A stretch of DNA of 64,000 nucleotides from NCBI GenBank assembly GCA_030704615.1, contig CM060732.1, positions 52,824,001 through 52,888,000 of the forward strand, written 5' to 3'. The stretch's first letter is position 1, and every line of letters starts with the position of its first letter. The notes beneath the pieces are model-generated. The model worked only from the letters and a program-made list of their open reading frames with translations, made no database searches and was not told the DNA's origin. Positions 1 through 11,735 of this stretch are shown here, one piece after another. The DNA comes from Takakia lepidozioides (lineage: Eukaryota; Plantae; Bryophyta). Made by a program: the position numbers and the translations under genes.

Positions 1-1283
1 TGTGACGTTTCCTTGACACTGGACCATCCGGAATTCTGGGGGGTTGGGGATGTGCAGAAATATTTGCCGGTCTTGTCGGTGTGCTGACCTCTGTCGGCGA
101 ATGAGTGAGTTCAATAACCTTCTCGCTGACGGTTGGCAATGGAATTCGGTTTCATTCTTTCTGCACATCCTGAACCGAATTCAAACGGAAAAAAATGGAT
201 TACCTTGGAACACAACCCCACAGAAGTTGCCGCTTCAAAGGAATGTATGTTGCAGCTTGTCTGGCCTGGAGTAAAGAGAGAAAATTAGAGGATGAACAGA
301 AACACGGTAACAATAAAACGCATGGATGAAATAGAATTAAGTCACTTGACTTCTCAGCAGCTGAGGTATCAAGCCCTCGTGATCCGGTGACCCGCTTGGA
401 ATTACGACATGATGAGGAGGCAATTCAGCGATAGTTGCAACCAATTGTTCGGTAGACTCATATAAATGCCCCGTGACGGCGTCTGGTGGAAAGTGTTGGA
501 ATAAGGACGGCTCCAAAGAGGATTCCCCAAGATATTGAGAGTCGTTTTCCACTATGCAGCCAACCCCAGTTAAATCATCGACCCTGCTAACGGTGGATTC
601 ACCTTTTGACATTTTTAGCCTCGAAACAACATCTGAAACACTAATGGGATCACTCTCCATAACAACAATGGATGCCTGAGTAAACAACAAGTTGTCAGAT
701 CCTTGGAAAGCTTCTGGCCTGATCATTTCTACATCGTCAACAATATCAGACGATATTGTTTCGCCAATCGGAGATGCATTTGTGGCATGGAGAACATATT
801 GATATAGACATACCTGCAAATAAAATATATGTCAACAAAGTAGTAAATTTGAGTTGGAATAACGCGTGATCACGCGTGGTTCCGAAAAGAAATCGACGGA
901 CATAAAGGAACAACGAATCCATTGACCGTTACATATGATTTGGCAATATAACAATTTTCATGCAAAGCAAAAGAATATCAAAAGAAGACTGAAATTCCAT
1001 GGTCTTCACAATCAATTTTAAATAGTAAACTGTGTCCACAGTAGGACGTGAATATTTACTTATCATTTACTCGAAAATCACGATATTATGAATTGTCAAT
1101 ATAGTCAAGAAGAGGCTTGAACTGTGGATCGTTAACTTTGAAAGGTGGAAAGCCTATTCTCCTTGCTTTCAAGAAGCTCGAAACATTCTCAAATTTCAAG
1201 AAGCTAAGCAAGAAATCTCTAAGTTTGAGAAGGAAGAAATCGTCGACGTCGATGTTCTCAAAAGACTTGAGAAGAAGACAAGA

Positions 1284-1700
1284 TTAAGGAGGGTTCAGCA
1301 AACACTTCAAAGCCGTATCATCAATCAGCAGAGTGTTACTCTGATTGTAAAAACCTTCAGAACTCTGCCATACTTTAATGAGTGGTTTCAAGAACACATG
1401 AGGTTGATCTTGTCCCGTTCGGTAATTTGGGTGCAGATTGCTTGGGCAAATGATACTACAGGCGATGCAAGCAGGGTCCCTGGTATCAGAGTTGGCTTCC
1501 TTCAATACTGCTCTTGTAAGTCCTCCTTTCTTGGCCGGTGTTTGTCAAGTCTGTGTATGCTATTGCGCCCCCCTCCCATGGCAATGCAGTGTGTATTCTG
1601 TGTTATGTTTGGCAGCTACCCTCCATTGTAGGAAGAGATAGCAGGTGTCACATCGAAGCAAGGATAGAAAAGAGTTTGCAGACACATTTCAATTCCAATG
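1284..1700 (-). pseudogene. Degenerate FCP1/NIF-like (HAD-family) phosphatase-domain fragment
   Basis: ORF 1284-1505 ends VFLKPLIKVW..YNQSNTLLIDDTALKCLLNPP, resembling the plant FCP1-homology 'NTLLIDDSPYK..LNP' motif. The upstream part is interrupted by stops. Confidence 0.4.
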
Positions 1701-2639
1701 CTGCTTGCAGCTCTTAAGGCGCTGGACGGTAAAGCCTGGTAACTCGGAGCTGTCTTCAAAGCATGTAGCTTTTTGTCACCGGTGGTATTATTCACTGTAC
1801 AAGCCTAGAATTTTGAATTCAAAGAGGGATTGTGCACACCGAGGACCTTGACCAAAGATACCAGCGCAGGAGCGGAATCAATGAATGCAGCACTCTATTT
1901 GATGCCACAGCTGAGGAGGTACTGTCAGCTTGATTTATGTGCAATGTAACGACTAAAGTTGCACAATTACTTTGGAGCGTGTCGGTATGCCTTGGTATGT
2001 TGAAGCACTGCCATTTATATAGCATACAGAACCCCCTAAGATTACAAAGTCAAGTGGATTCGTGAATCTACGTTAAATGTATGTCAGCGCCCAGGCTTCA
2101 TTGGATCTATGCGGCCTCCCACGAACTAATTAAACACCAACAAACACACTGCTGTCTGTGACCTCCGTGCAGAGCAAGAGATGGAGTGTCCGACCCGCCT
2201 GTGTATCCAGCTTCCACAGCTTCCATCTCCCTCCCGGTTTCACGCACACAGTTTCAGGGATTCCGGGTACAAACTACAAAGCGCATCAGCCTCCCAGCAA
2301 AATTCACCTCGGTCTCCCCATGTTGCCAATAGCATCAAGGGCAGTTGATGCAGATTAGTTACTTCATTTGTGAGCATGAATGAGGAAGCCTAAATTGCAG
2401 AATCCGGCAATACTCATGCTTCTCCTAGCTACTTGACCCCCTTACTCAATATTAGATTTCATCAGGATCACATTCAGTGCTAAGCCTTAATATGGGAGAA
2501 TGTCACAGAAAACAACCTCGCATGTGGCCACGTCTTCTGATTACTGTGAGAGGACTTCCCCTTTGAAACATAACTAATGGCGGCTTAATGTTCCGTAGGA
2601 TGATATAGTCCGATACAGATGCAGGTTTTGTTACTAGAA

Positions 2640-2710
2640 CATCATCCACGCCACGTCGTCGTCATCAGCCACGTCATCGCCGTAAGCCATGTCATCGTCG
2701 TCATTTCTGT
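2640..2710. repeat. Cluster of GCCACGTC(A/G) motifs, possible subterminal end of a DNA transposon
   Basis: gccacgtcgtcgtcatcagccacgtcatcgccgtaagccatgtcatc. The same motif type occurs at the MULE ends (32925, 40905-40970). Confidence 0.3.
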
Positions 2711-2759
2711 GTGTCGGTTGTAATGAACTCGCAGAGACATGTGATACCCCAGCAGCCTT

Positions 2760-3010
2760 GGAGCAGGGCAGACAGCTTTACGGGAAGATCATTGAAGCAG
2801 GGTTGGAGTCATGCCAACTATCATTCTGAAGCAGGGTCGTGCCAACTATCATTCTGGACACTATTGTGGTGGACATGTATGCCAAGTGTGAAGAATGCAA
2901 AGGCAGTGTTCGACAGTATGGCTTAGCAAAATTAGTCTCTTGGAATCTGATGGTCGCAGGGTTTGCCCAGCATGGATGTGGGATGGAGGCATTGGAGACT
3001 GTACGATGTG
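2760..3010 (+). pseudogene. Isolated PLS-class PPR fragment
   Basis: IVVDMYAKC...LVSWNLMVAGFAQHGCGMEALET, same repeat family as 5300-7300; frameshifted. Confidence 0.75.
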
Positions 3011-4294
3011 TAGAAGTTTGTCCATCCTACAAATGTGGGCTCTTGGCTCCTGTTACTACCATGATTTGGTATTCTTCCTAATGTTTACAAGGTTCTTGGG
3101 AGAGTCAGCTTGGTCTTAGCAGGCCGTGTTTCAATCTCTGCCTGCTTAGCTGCACCGTGGTGGTTCACACAGACCAATCCGACATTACCTGACTACAGAC
3201 ACAAGCAGCACACACAAGAGGTCCTTTTGGGTTGATGGTCTCCATGGGTCACAAGGTCAAGGACAATGTGGTGAGTGCACCGTCTTCTTCAACCTATTTC
3301 AGCCTGTTTTGCCCTTTCATCAGACTTGAGATGCATATTGAATTCTGTAAGTTAGCTCGTTGGGTGGATCTGTGGTGGTTTGGAGTGACTTTGACAAGTG
3401 ACTGCCCGATGTGGCAGCAGGAGAGCAGGCACAATATTTTGAAGGCCGATTCTTCAAAAGACGGGACTCAGGGACAAATCTTCTTCTGGTGGGTTTTCCA
3501 TGTTGTGTTGTTTGTTGCAAATCCTGCTTGACTGAGTATCCTGGCATCACTCACATAGAGATAAGGAAAGAATCTTGATAATCTCCCCAGAATGGAAGTT
3601 GGACGCAAGTACAGTGAGTGTCTTGTTCTTCAGACTTAACAGTGGGCGTATTTGTCAGAGTAAGCAAGCACTAGCGTGTCCGGCATGACTCTTTCATGAA
3701 GATGACAGCTTGTTCTTGGAACATGCAGGAACAGTTGGCGAATCTTGATAAGGCCACGTCTCCAAACCAGCCCTGCCACTGTGGCTTGTGGTAGTGCCAA
3801 ACCTACCTCCAAACTTCCTGCACTGAAATTGTGACATATTCCCTTTTCTGGTTTTCCCTTCTTTTGTGTCCTGCGAATTCAGCAATTGTCCTATGCACAT
3901 GTCAGTAGTCTGTACAAAAGTTTCTTCCTTCACCCATATAGCAATGTAGGCTGGGTCCTTGTTGTCATCTGTTATTGTATTAACTCTGCAGAGTGAGAAA
4001 GAAAAGTCACAAAGTACTAAAAGAGACCAAGCTTCGAAATCAATTTTGAAGCATGAGCCATCTCTTGTTCTCAATTCTTGAATGCACCAAAGCCTTGTTG
4101 AACCAGTCAGGCCACTGGATGTACAAAAGCACTACCCACATAAGACTTCTCAACTTCCTTTTCTGAGGTCAGAAGCCTCAGGTAGAAGCCCTCTGGGTCA
4201 CGGCACCCTCTCTCTCTCTCTCTTTCTTTACAAAAAACGTCTTATCAGTACGCTCTCTCTCTCTCTCTCATAATGTGGGTGCAAAACAGATAAC

Positions 4295-4940
4295 AGAGAT
4301 GAGGAGAAGCTTTGGAATGACCACTTTTCCGACCCGAGTCACTGGTGGGACAATGGAGACAAAAAGGTGAATGTCTGTTGGACTACAGAGAGAAGCAGAT
4401 GAAATTCAGATTTGGAACTACTGTAATAAGTAGGGTTGGGATGTCTGTTGGAAGAACTTCATGCCGTCATGTTGAATTCTGCAAGTTAGCTGGTTGACTG
4501 AATCTAGTTTGGAGTGACTTTGACAGGATACTGCCAATGCGATAACAGGAAAGTATCCAACAACAGGTAACAAAGATGAGGAGAGGGTGTGGAATGAATA
4601 CTTTTCTGCCCCCAGTCAATGGTGGGACAACAGAGGCAAAACGTTGAATGCCTGCTAGAGAGTAGTAGACGCAATTCAGCATAGGAATTAGTGTGATTGG
4701 GTGTTTAACTAGTGTGATTGGGTGTTTCCTAGAACAAATCTAGGCTGTCATTGTCAGCTGCTAGCAGCAAGGGCAAAGATGAATGTATGATTTGTGCAGA
4801 GGCATGGATAGCTGAAGGAGAAGGGATAGAGTGTGGGTCCAGATATCCAAGAGGGCCAGATTTCAAGCACAAGATTACGTATGATTTCCTATGGATCAAT
4901 AGCTACAAGAAACCTGCATGCGTAGATGGTCAATTAAAGG
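4295..4940 (+). other. OSB-type PDF (ssDNA-binding) motif split by an intron
   Basis: Half-motifs EEKLWNDHFSDPSHWWDNGDKK|gt (4300-4366) and EERVWNEYFSAPSQWWDNRGK (4578-4640). Second half ag|YPRGPDFKHKITYDFLWINSYKKPACV (4843-4925). A third first-half copy lies at 6637-6700. Confidence 0.7.
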
Positions 4941-7900
4941 CAGCAGCTGCAGCGGTACAGTTGATAAAATCAGGCACCTCAACCCTGACCACAGCTTCTG
5001 GAAGAGGATCAAGAGAGGGAGTCCACAATGCCTCTTCTGGCACTTCTGGACATGTGAAGATGCTTTGTGAGGCAGGCAGACTGAAAGAGGATCTACAGAC
5101 TTTAAACCAAGGAGGAATTTCAGCAGATTCAGATACGTATGTCTGTCTCTTGCATAAGTGCATCAAGATGAAAGGCCTTGAAGCTGGAAAGCAGGTGCAC
5201 ACAAGGGGTGAAGCCCATCCACATCACGTTCGTTTGTGTTTGCAATACATGTGCGAGCCTTGGAAAAAGGGAAAGAGGTTCATGATGACATCGTCAAATC
5301 TGGAATTGTACCAGATGTCATTCTGAACACTGCTCTAGTGGACATGTATGCCAAATGTGGGTACATTAAGGATGCAAGGCAGTTTTGAACAATATGGCTG
5401 AACGAGATGTGGTGTCGTGGAGCGCGATGCTTGCAGGGTATGCACAGCAGGGATGTGGGGTGGAGGCTGTGGAGACCTATGAGCAAATGATGGGGAAGGG
5501 GTGAAGCCCAACCACATCACGTTTGTGTGTGTTTGCAATGCGTGTGCAAGCCTGGCAGCTCTGGAAAAGGGCAAAGAGGGCCACTTCGACATTGTCAGAG
5601 CTGGAATTGTACCCGATGTCATTCTGAACAATGCCCTCGTAAACATGTATGCCAAATGTTGGAGCATCAAGGATGCAAAGGCAGTGTTCAACAATATGGT
5701 TGAATGAAATGTGGTGTCGTGGAATGCGATGCTTGCAGGGTATGCACAGCAGGGGCGCGGGATGGAGGCTTTGGAGACGTGTGAGCAAATGATGGTGGAA
5801 GGGGTGAAGCCTGACCACATCAGGTCTGTGCATTTGCAAGCCTGGCAGCCCTGGAAAAGGGCAAAGTGGTGCATGGTTGCATCGCAAAAGCTGGAACTGT
5901 ACCAGATGTGATTCTGAACAATACCCTTGTGGATATGTATGCAAAATGTGGGTGCATCGAGGATGCGGAGGGAGTGTTTGACAGTATGGTTGAACGAGAT
6001 TTGGTGTCGTGGAGTGCGATGATTGCAGGGTATGCATAGCAAGGGCGCGTGATGGAGTCTTTGGAAACCTATGAGCAAATGATGGGGGAAGGGGTGAAGC
6101 CCGACCACATCACGTTTGTTTCCGTTTGCAATGCCTGTGCAAGCCTGGCAGCCCTGGAAAGGGCAAAGAGGTCCATGGTGACATCGTCAAAGCTGGAATT
6201 GTACACTGCCCTGGTGAACATGTGCACCCTGTGACAAAGCAGGTGCACACTCACATTATCCTAAGTTGCTCAATTTGTATGGTGTTCAACTGTTGCGGGC
6301 ATCACCTTAGTAGTTTTGGAGCGACTGTTCCCACTGATAGTCAGGTGTCCGAGGAACTGGAATCTCCAGTGAAATATTAACACATCTAATGTGCCCCATT
6401 TTTCAAATATGAAGATTTCCAGAGTTCCCATGGGGTTAAGGCTTCATGAAGGCACTGCTAATGAAGGCCCTTCTTCAACACATTTCGCCCTGTTTTTCCC
6501 TCTAATCAGAATCGGCCCTAAATTTCCATGTTGAATTCTGCGAGTTAGCTGGTTGAGTGAATCTAGTTTGCAGTGACTTTGACATGATACTGCCAATGTG
6601 ACAACAGGAAACTTTCCAAAAACAAGTAACAGAGATGAAGAGAATCTGTGGAATGAATACTTCTCTGACCCCAGTCGATGGTGGGACAACCAAGGCAAAA
6701 GGTGAATGTCTGACAGATTACCAGATGTCATTCTGAACACTGCCCTGGTGGAAATGTATGTCAAATGTGCGTGCATCGAGGAAAGGGAGTGCTCGAAAGT
6801 ATGGCTGAATGAGATGTGGTGTCGTGGAGTGCGATGATTGCAGGCTATGCACAACAAGGGTGCGGGATGGAGGCTTTGGAGACCTATGAGCAAATGATGT
6901 ACGAAGGGGTGAAGCCCAACCACAGAACGTTTGTTTTTGCTTGCAATGCGTGTGCAAGCCTGGGAGCTCTGGAAAAGGGGAAAGAGGTCCATGGTGACAT
7001 CGTCAAAGCTGGAATTGTACCAGATATCATCCTGAACACTGCCCTGGTGGACATGTATGCACGGGATGGAGGCTTTGGAGACCTATATGAAGGGGTGAAG
7101 CCCAACCACATAACGTTTGTTTTTGTTTGTAATGCGTGTGCAAGCCTGGGAGCTCTGGAAAAGGGAAAGAGGTCCATGGTGACACTGTCAAAGCTGGAAT
7201 TGAACCAGATGTCATCCTGAACACTGCCCTGGTGGACATGTATGCAAAATGTGCGTGCATTGAGGCTGGACTTGAGGGGGATGTCCCTGTGGGACTGCCC
7301 TTGTCAGCATGTATCGCAGGTGTGAGAGTTTGACGGATGCCACCCGAGTATTTGACGTGCAATGCCCAAGCAAGATGGGCTCTCACGGACTGCTATGATT
7401 GCAGGATCTGCTCAGCATGGTCATGGTCTTTTTAACTCTTTCAGCGCATGCAAAGAGAAGGCATGAAGGCAGATATTGTCTCCTTTATTAGTGTCCTCAA
7501 CGCTTGTGCTGGCCCGGAGGCTTTAGAACGGGGCAAGCAGCTCCTTGCCAGCATCATCAAAGCTGAATTTGAGTCAGATGTTGGACTCGGGAATGCCCTT
7601 GTCAGTATGTATTGCAAGTGCAGGAGTGTGATGGATGCACTCAATGTGTTTGACAGAATGCCTAAGCAAGATGTGGTCTCATGGACTGCGATGATTGGAG
7701 GATGTGCACAGAGTGGTCATGGTGAGGAGGCTTTCAAACTCTTTCGACAAATGCAAAGAGAGGGTGTGAAGCATCCCTGGAACAGGGCAAGTGGGTCCAT
7801 GCCTACATTATCAAATCTGTGTGTGAGTCAGATGTCTACGTCAGGAATGCCCTCATTGATTTGTATACCAAATGTGGGAGTGTAGAGGATGCACGGGAGG

Positions 7901-8339
7901 TGTTTGACAAAATTCTTAAACCAGATGTGGTCTCATGGACTGGATGTTTATAGGATACGCTCAGCATGGGCGTGCTCAGCATGGGCGTGGTCACGAGGCT
8001 CTCCAACTGTTTGAACTGGTGTGAAACCAAATGAGGTCACATTTATTGGTGTTCTCTCTGCATGCAGCCATTTGGGCCTTGTAGATGAAGGTGGTCATTA
8101 TTTTCAATCCATGTGTCAAGAGCATGGCATTACACCAACAGAAATGCACTACACCTGCATGGTTGACCTCCTTGGCCGTGCAGGGCGCTTGGATGAAGAA
8201 GATTTCATTGCCAACATGGCACTCAAACCAGGTGCTTCAGTGTGGGGGCCTTGCTTGGTGCCTGCAGAATCTTATGGAAATGTGGAGTTAGCAGAGTGTG
8301 CTGCAGAATGTATTTTCAAGGTGGAATCACAAGATGTAT

Positions 8340-8702
8340 ACATTTGCCGTTGGAGATAGATCTCACCCACAAGCAGAGGAGATCTATGAAGCGCTAGAGA
8401 GATTGACTTGGCAGATTAAGGAGGCTGGATATGTGCCTGAGACACGCTTTGTGTTGCGTGATGTGGATCAGCAGATGAAGGAACAGACTCTTTACCACCA
8501 CAGCGAAAAGCTGGCCATAGCTTTTGGGCTCATTAGCACACCCCCTAGGACCCCTATCCGCATCATTAAAAACCTATGTGTATGTGGAGAGTGCCGCACC
8601 AAGTTGATATCCAAAATTGTTGCACGAGAAATTACTGCAAGGGATGCCATCTGCTTTCATCACTTCAACAATGGGGTGTGTTCTTGTGGGGACTACTGGT
8701 AA
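8340..8702 (+). CDS. DYW cytidine-deaminase domain (C-terminal part of the PPR pseudogene)
   Basis: GDRSHP, GYVP, HSEKLA, CGEC, FHHF..GVCSCGDYW*. A small in-frame deletion follows the CxxC. Confidence 0.93.
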   Translation, partial: TFAVGDRSHPQAEEIYEALERLTWQIKEAGYVPETRFVLRDVDQQMKEQTLYHHSEKLAIAFGLISTPPRTPIRIIKNLCVCGECRTKLISKIVAREITARDAICFHHFNNGVCSCGDYW

Positions 8703-9306
8703 TAATCTCAGGGTAATACAGCAGCCAGAAAACACTCCAGACAGCTGTACCAAACTAAAAAATATCTTTCCCCAGGTATGTTACCCACCTTCTGGTAAGG
8801 CCTTAAAGTTCTCCCAAGGTTATTTCCCTTGATTTAATACGAGTTACCGCATATATATAAAGAAAAATCAACCTTGTCCGGTGTGGTATGATCTTCTCCC
8901 CACCCCTGGGTCCCATGAGCCTTGTGCTCAGTTAGTGATCCTGGGTTCAATCCTTCAACATGTGCCTTCAAACCGACCATTGGCCTCTAGATGGGCTGTG
9001 TTGAGCAGTAGGCTCTATAGATTCATTGGACATTAAAGAAAATTTACCTTTATCTTTATCAAAGAGGTTATTTTCTCCTCAACCATAATGAAGGGCCTGA
9101 TTTGTGAGAAGTAGTTTCCCGTTTTTTCTTTTTCTTTTTTTCCTTTTCTTTCTTTTGAAAGTCTTAGGTGTCTGTCTACCTATGGTAATGCACCATGGGA
9201 ATGACCCACCCTTTTTTGTGAAAATTGAACATAGGTCTTAGAATACGTTGCTAGTAGTGCGGAGCAACGGGAAGCCCTAGTCCGTGATTTGGAAATCAAC
9301 TACATT

Positions 9307-9467
9307 GACAACCAGCATGTAGCCCAGTGGTAATGGGCACATACCACCTTGGATGTGGTTGTGGGTTCAAACCACCGTCCGGTGTGTCATGAAGGTGTCC
9401 ACCTTCCTGTTCTAAGAGGTAAAAAATAAAAAAGAGTTGGACTAAAAAATTTAAAAAATTTAAAAAA
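9307..9467 (+). mobile_element. tRNA-derived SINE
   Basis: Pol III box A TAGCCCAGTGG (9320-9330), box B GGTTCAAACC (9364-9373), A-rich tail 9421-9467, flanking direct repeat AACTACATT (9298-9306 / 9468-9476). Confidence 0.8.
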
Positions 9468-9890
9468 AACTACATTCAAGTCGATTGTACTTATAAATAA
9501 TACAAAGTCATCCTAATTTGGTTATTGAGCAATGTTCCCTTTTCGTCGAGCGAAACATACTTTCTAAGATGATATATTTTAACTTGATCACATTCAATGG
9601 TAAGCATTATAAGACAATGCCTCGTCGAATGTTCAGGGGAAGTGTGAAGAACTTGGCCAGCCTTGGAACTTGGATTCGTCTCAGTTTCTGTTTTTTCTGG
9701 ACGTATGGAACGGGTGCAATACCGGTAGGTAAATAGTTTCGTGTTGTGACGAGTTAGATAAGGGTTGTCCGACTGCAATAGGATGGATCAAAACTGGAAA
9801 TCATACAATCAGCTGAGCAGATTGAAGACAGATTCATGTGAGAAAGTTGGCAGTTTGTTTTGATTTGTGGATTAGGTCGTCGGATTCGAG

Positions 9891-10196
9891 TTGTTCTTAA
9901 AGATGGCATTATATAGTTGTGGTGGAGTCTGGGATGCTGATTTTGTGTCCTATAGTCGTACTTCAAGGGATCCAACTCTAACCTTGGAGTATGAGAACGA
10001 AGAAGTGTTGGATGGATATCCCAATATACTTACATTGAATTTCTCAAATGTGGCTTCTTTCAGAGGGAAATGCAAGAATTTGATGGATCGTTTGATTGAA
10101 AGCCAAGGATGTCCATACTTGGCATTTATTGGTGTTTCTCCAGGGGTTTTTGAGCAGATTGATGGACTCCGCGAGGGGAGCTCTAGCCTACCTCGG
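9891..10196 (+). pseudogene. Uncharacterised ORF truncated by the DNMT-Gypsy element
   Basis: Protein-like ~100 aa ORF (..ESQGCPYLAFIGVSPGVFEQIDGLREG..PRMT) running into retroelement sequence at 10197. Confidence 0.3.
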
Positions 10197-10242
10197 ATGA
10201 CCAGCCAACCATAGGAGTGCTTGCGGTGGATGCAGGTGCAGG

Positions 10243-10646
10243 TGTCGCGCACCTCAATTCGGTAAACTCCCCTTCAAGTCATAGTTACTCGCTTTGATGC
10301 GCGCGCCTGACTCCCAACCTGGCCGCCGGGCCAACTTGGAGCCTCTATGGACCGTGATGAGTCCCAAGACTCCCCACGACTCCCACCACGAGGTCTCCGC
10401 CCCCATGGTGAGTCCTATGCCACCCCCACTAATCCCACTAAGCTACCACCACCCCTTGTGAGCCACCCCCACCGCAACCCGGTGTGCGGGGCTCCACCTA
10501 GTGAGCGCCTCCGCCTCCTTGAGTGCCTTGGGCACTCAAGGGTGCTTCAGCCCCCCCCCATACCTATCGCTGCCGCTGCCCCCCACCACAGGGGCAGCCC
10601 CTCATGTGTCCCGACCCCCTGCCCTCAAGGCAAAGGGCCGCGACCA
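10243..10646 (-). repeat. 3' LTR of chromovirus (with ~320 bp internal deletion)
   Basis: Near-identical to 16108-16831 but lacks about 16208-16533. PPT-like GGTAGGGGTG is adjacent on the minus strand. Confidence 0.9.
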
Positions 10647-11529
10647 CACCCCTACCAACAGGGAGTCGATGTCCTCATCGACTTGTCCATTTTGTAGAAA
10701 CGAATATCCAAGTTGTGGCGTCCCACATCAAGGAGTTTGTTTCTGTACCATGGCGTCCCATGGTAAGGAACCAAACCCCACACTTGACTCTACTCTCCAC
10801 TAGCTAGTTCGGCCGACTTTCTCCAAGTCCGGCCAGGGTGGAGCCCCTCCAGCTCCTCCTAGTGCACTCTTCTTGGCCTACTTCAAGGCCAAGGAACGAT
10901 CCTCCCCGAGGATCGAATCGCCTTACCTGCAACAACATTGCTTGCGATCGCTCATGATGCCGTTTTTGGCACACCTTGAGCAAGGGTTCACCTGGAACCC
11001 TCTTTGACTAGGAAGATAACCTTGAACCAACCGTGCGCCCCAATCACTACAATTGGTCCGCCTTGGAATGCTGGCCTGAGGTACGGGAACACGCCGAAGC
11101 CGCACTACGACTTCGTCCCGAGCTACACGATTATAGTACGTGAACGGAAGCACGTAGCTTCCGCGTTAGCCCGCACTACAAGGCAACCCCTCGGTAACGC
11201 AGTTAGTACGCGCCGCGCCAGGTGCGCACTAGCACGTGAACTCCCAAAAAGGCGCACTTTCCTTGCCCCTTGGATGGGAGTCACCCGATTTCGGCACTGC
11301 GCAAACACACGATTACCCAATTTACCTCTCCCACTTTTGTAAGCTAGCATGCATTCTACACACTAGCCACCACACCATGCATCACCATTCCCAAACACAA
11401 TAGGACGCACAATATTTGGAACCCATTTCCTTTATAACAAATTTTTGTTCAATACAAGTTTTTGCAATCGGATTCCTGAGCTAGCTAAACCGGGCTAAGC
11501 ATGCATTTCCTCCCCCACGCTTCAAGGTT

Positions 11530-11735
11530 GATGTCCCCATCAACGCTTCCTCCGCTTTTGAGGTCGCCCTTCGAAAGCTGCAACAACCGCCTCGGATGCG
11601 TTTCCCATTTCTGAGGCACGCACCCAAGATGCCTCCACATGATGATAGCCCTTCCATTTGACGAGATACTCCGTTTCTCGGTTCCTGAACCTCCTCGACT
11701 TAAGTATTGCCCCACCTCGTACTCAGGTTCATTTT
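11530..11735 (-). CDS. Chromodomain at the integrase C-terminus (frameshifted)
   Basis: EPEYEV.. then, after a frameshift, [33 protein letters not shown]. Confidence 0.85.

Larger units (their letters stand above)
4290..8702 (+). pseudogene. PLS-class PPR-E/E+-DYW RNA-editing factor pseudogene (internally duplicated) with N-terminal OSB-like PDF motif
   Basis: Repeated P-L-S triplets (NTALVDMYAKC / VVSWSAMIAGYAQQG / GVKPNHITFVCVCNAC), E region (HYTCMVDLLGRAGRLDE) and terminal CSCGDYW. Many frameshifts and stops. Confidence 0.9.

Noticed and set aside
337-819. 160-aa minus-strand ORF as a host gene
   Set aside because: Probably an exon of a gene running off the window or TE cargo; no assignable domain.
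3694-4074. 126-aa minus-strand ORF
   Set aside because: No recognisable motif in any frame.
5335-7386. Long minus-strand ORFs over the PPR region, and similar antisense ORFs over the pol genes
   Set aside because: They are shadow frames of repetitive coding sequence with no independent motifs.
8920-8960. Second SINE or tRNA (GGGTTCAATCC box B)
   Set aside because: The candidate box A is too close and there is no tail or TSD.
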